From contig OY253668.1 of assembly GCA_958009085.1 (NCBI GenBank), positions 1,116,001-1,180,000 on the forward strand: a stretch of DNA of 64,000 nt, in the 5' to 3' direction. The position numbers and the translations under genes were made by a program. Positions 60,327-64,000 of this stretch are shown one piece after another (the stretch's first letter is position 1; each line of letters begins with the position of its first letter). The stretch comes from Protoeuglena noctilucae. Its lineage: Eukaryota. Below the pieces are notes generated by a model. It searched no databases, was not told the origin of the DNA, and saw nothing but the letters and a program-made list of their open reading frames with translations.

Positions 60327-61761
60327 ATGGCGTGCGCGTTGGTGGACGCCCCGAGCCCATCATGCCCGTCTCCGTCTCCGAACGCTAGGGCGCTGTGTCG
60401 CGCGGGCCCCGGCCCTTCGTCGTTCCGCCGGGCTCCTTTCCCGACCGGTCTGCGCACGCGCTGCAGGGGAATCGCTTACGTCGAGCGGGAGAGGATTGTG
60501 CGATGCGCGGCGGTGAACACGACCGCGGAGCAGCGGTGAGCGGCAGCCGCGGGGCTGGGGTGTCCCGACCCCTTAGGCCAAACCTGTCCTACGACGGGCC
60601 AGGGGCCCTCAGCTTACGCCGATGGACCGATCGCGGTCGCCTCCGTCCCCTCGTCCGCTGCGGCCCTGCCCGGCGCGCGGACGACGAGGCGGGCGTTGTT
60701 GGTTTGGCCAACGCCTGGCTCGGGGCCGAGGTGCCGCCTCGCGCGCGGCGGACGCACCTACGGGCGCTCCGGTGGGTGCGCGAGGGTCCTCAGATATTCA
60801 ACGACTCGTCGGCGTGCGTGCAGGTCGTGCGTGGTCGTCACGGTCGACAAGCCGGGCATGTTCACGCGGGCCCTGTTTGCGGGGGTGGATATCGACACCC
60901 CGTGCGAGGTTGTGTGGCGGTGCCTCACCGGCTACGACGATTTGGGCACCTTCATCCCCTCGCTCGCCGTCAACCGCTGTCTCCAGGTGTGCGCGTCGAG
61001 CTGGAGGAAACGACCGACGCGAGGCGTGGAGGCGCATTGCGGGCCAGACGGGCACCCCCTCGGCGCCACCGGCCGCGTCCGCCGTGTCGCGCAGAAGTTT
61101 TCGAACGGATGCAGGCTCGAACAGGTGGGCGAGCAGGACGTGGCGCTCGGGGCCAAGTTCAAGGCACGCGTCGTCCTCAGCATCCACGAGTACGAAGGCG
61201 GCGTGCCCAAGAGCCAGTTGGCGGAGGACAAGGAACCCTTCCCGTTACCACGGAGCCCCATTCCTGGTCAGTGCGCGCGACGTGGGGGCTCGACGTCGTC
61301 GGACCTGGACCTTGGCGTCTGTGCGCCGTCTGCGGGGCGGCCTACGGGGCGTGCGTGCCCGATTCGCATGTTGATTCCTTTTCTCGCTGCACAGAGAGCG
61401 TCAGCAGGCCGCGGGACATCACGTTCGAGCAGGTGGAGGGGGACTTCGTCTGCTTCAAGGGCGTGTGGCGCATGCAGCAGGGGACGTCGCCAGACACGAC
61501 GTGCCTGTCGTACTCGGTGCTCGTCACTCCGCAGGTGACGCGCCCTCGTGGGTCCGGGGGTGCAGGGCCTGGCAAACAATGGATGCGCCCTCGAGTTGTG
61601 CGTGCGCTCACCTGAGCCGCTCTCCCGGGTCCTCGCAGGTCTGGCTGCCTGTAGGCCTGGTCGAGGGTCGCATCTCTGCGGAAATCCGGCGAAACCTCAC
61701 GGCCGTGAAGCAGCACGCCGAACGCACGTACAGCAAGGCGCGTGTGGCATCGGCTACCTGA
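60327..61761 (+). CDS. Plastid-targeted polyketide cyclase/START (SRPBCC) family protein
   Basis: Transit-like N-terminus; VVWRCLTGYDDLGTFIPSL, RLEQVGEQ, ITFEQVEGDF..FKGVWRM, LSYSVLVTP.VWLPVGLVEGRI..EI..NL. Confidence 0.88.
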
Positions 61762-62012
61762 GGCCCATGGGCAGCGCTTGCCTCCCTTTCTTCGCCGCAA
61801 TCTCATATGCGCTGCCGTTCGCGCTGCCTGGCGCCATCCATGCCGCTCTTGGCCCTGCGGCTGATTTTCCTGGCGCCGCTCCCTGACACGGTTCCGACAT
61901 GGTTTGGGCTTTGCATCACCCCCGCGCTGTCCTGCCGCATTGAAGGACGCTTTGGCGTTCGCGAGGGGCGCACCGCCCGGTTGGCCTTGCCCCAAGACGG
62001 CGTGGTTGCACG

Positions 62013-63564
62013 ATGGCTGCCGACCCTGTGGAGCCCACGGCCCTGTGCTGCGTCTGCCATCGACATTTTGCGAAGTACACCTGCCCGAGATGCCGTGCTC
62101 GGTGAGGGCGGCGTCGGTCGGCATGAAAGGTTGGAAGCCTTCCATGCCGTAGCCTCGCCCGAGCAAGTGCTCCCGCCAGCGTGCGGGTCGACCGGGTCAA
62201 TGTGTCGATGTTAGTGGTTCCTTTCCTGCCACATCCACAGGTATTGCTCCGCCCCCTGCTACGGGGGCCACAGCCAGCGGTGCACGAGGGAGTTCGCGGA
62301 TGAGAGCGCCGGGGACGCGCTGCGGAACGTGCGGTCGACGGCAGAGGAAAGGTATGTTGCAGACATGCACGGCGCGACTGCGAGATGTTGGATCGGGGCG
62401 CCACGGTGGCCCCGTCATGACGGCCTCACAGGAAAAGCATGGTCGACATCCTCAAGCGGCTATCCCTGGGCGACGATGCGGGGCATGAAGAGGAGGACTC
62501 GGACGGAGGCGAGGGTGACGGAGGGTGGGAAGGAGAGGGCTTGCTTGGGCCGGCCACGCTGCGCGCGCTGGCTGCCAAGCTGGAGCGTGGCGAGGAGGTG
62601 TCTCTGGACGACCTGACAGAGGAGGAGCGAGAGCGGTTCTGCCGAGCCGCGAACCGGGGCGCCGTCCCGCACCACGTCGCCTGGGCGCCGTGGTGGGCCA
62701 CCGCAGACGCCCGGGGGGGGACGCTGACGGCGAGCGGGCAGGCGCTGGTAGCGGAGGAGGGTCCGGAAACCGACGATCCCGGGCCAAGCGCCCTCCCTCC
62801 CGCGTGGCCCGAACCCCTCCCTGAGCCCGCGGCCCTGACCAAGTCCAGCCCATCCCCGCGTTTGGCGTGGAGCCTCGTCGCCATCGTCCATGCGTACGTG
62901 GCCGTCGCCCAGCTATACGCCTGCGACTGGGCAGGCGTGGCATCCGAGGCTGGTTTGGACCTGCTCGCCTTCGCCCCCTCGCTCATCGAACCCCATCCGC
63001 CAGGTGCGTGGCCCTGCTGCTGGCGGCCCAAAAGATCGACTGTCGTCTGCTTCTCTTGCAGGGCCGCCGTGGCACCCACGTATAGTGGATTCGCGGGACA
63101 GCGTCTTATCTTTTGCTGCCGCAGAGGGGCTGGAGCCCTGCATGATGGCGGCCCAGGAGGCCCTCGGTCGCTTCCTGGCCGAAGCCGGGATGTCGACGGC
63201 GGCAGGAAGCGAGCAGGTCCGCGGCGCCGCCGCCGACTGCGCGTCTCTCCTGACCGCGGGCCGCGGTGCCGTGCTGAGGTGCCTCGCCGATGTGAAGCGG
63301 CTCCTGGACGCTGCGGGCGTCGCGCGGACGCTCGGGAAGGACGACCGGCGCGCGGCTGCGACTGCCGCTCGCAAGGTCTACTTCGTGGCGTGCTGGGCGT
63401 GCCACGCATTGCCCGGCGAGGCCATCGAGGCGCTCGCCAAGCAGGTCGCCGAGGGGGCGCGGCAGCTCCCGTCGGCGTCCGATCGCACCGAGCCGCTCGC
63501 GGTTGGGGCAGCGGTGCCCCGGAACCCCTCCCTGGCCGGGCATCGCCTCGTGGAGGAACTCTAA
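62013..63564 (+). CDS. ZNHIT2: Zinc finger HIT domain-containing protein 2-like
   Basis: Spliced N-terminus CCVC...KYTCPRC.AR|YCSAPCY..H...CT.EF (HIT finger, absent from the ORF track), MVDILKRL, LTEEERERF, WAPWW, KVYFVACW, ending LVEEL. Confidence 0.88.
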
Positions 63565-64000
63565 GACGCGGGGCAGGAGCCCCATGTCTGACACCTGTTG
63601 TCGGACACCCCAGCCCCGGCCGTCTCTCGCCCGTCATCGGCGACGACTCCCTTATAGATCTGCATCGCCTACACCGGCCGACAGCAGCACGTCGTCACCC
63701 GACTGGTCCCTCTGCGAGCAGCAAGGTGAGCTCCTCCGCGATTTCACGCCGTTGACCCTCGCAATCGCCTTGTTGAGTAAAAGTAACGCATTTGACTGGC
63801 ATGGCGTGGTCGTCGTCGCGATCGATGCGGTCCCGCGGGAGCCCCGGCACTTCGGTTGGTTAGGGTGGGAAGTGGACGGTCGGTCATTGCGATCGATCGC
63901 GGGAGCGCCAGCCCTGTTGATTTGGTGGGTGGGATGTCGATGGTCGGCGCGAGGGACCGCCGTGGCTCCTCGCAGATGGCCAAGGTGGACTCGGAGCGCA

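Overview
This is eukaryotic nuclear DNA, very GC-rich, gene-dense and intron-rich, and most likely from a flagellated, plastid-bearing green alga. Support for that: ODA16/DAW1, a plastid ClpR, transit peptides, and a snoRNA guide matching the chlorophyte-type 18S sequence AACGAGGAATGCC. Most ORFs in the six-frame track are GC-shadow artefacts or exon-plus-intron chimeras. By splicing exons by hand I reconstructed 24 protein-coding genes: a ~3,100-aa low-complexity orphan, RPC5, F-box/FIST, ODA16, DHRS12-like SDR, RluA-type pseudouridine synthase, LSm10-like, NAP1, NOT3, a beta-rich membrane protein, a coiled-coil/IQ/Gly-Glu protein, ANKRD39-like, STI1/HOP, organellar TrpRS, ClpR, HVA22/REEP, organellar IF3, BRCC36, a Rieske protein, DUF1757-like, long DGAT2, ICME, a START/cyclase protein and ZNHIT2. 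The main hidden structure is five box C/D snoRNAs nested in unusually long introns of NAP1 (2) and IF3 (3). They have terminal stems, recognisable rRNA antisense guides and U-to-C variant C/D boxes. There are also about 20 GC-AG introns (roughly 1 in 6 by hand count) and very tight gene packing, including a 66-nt same-strand gap that may indicate a bicistronic transcript. CDS coordinates are gene spans from start to stop, including introns. All assignments come from reading motifs; no database search was run, and rRNA position numbers are yeast-equivalent values recalled from memory.
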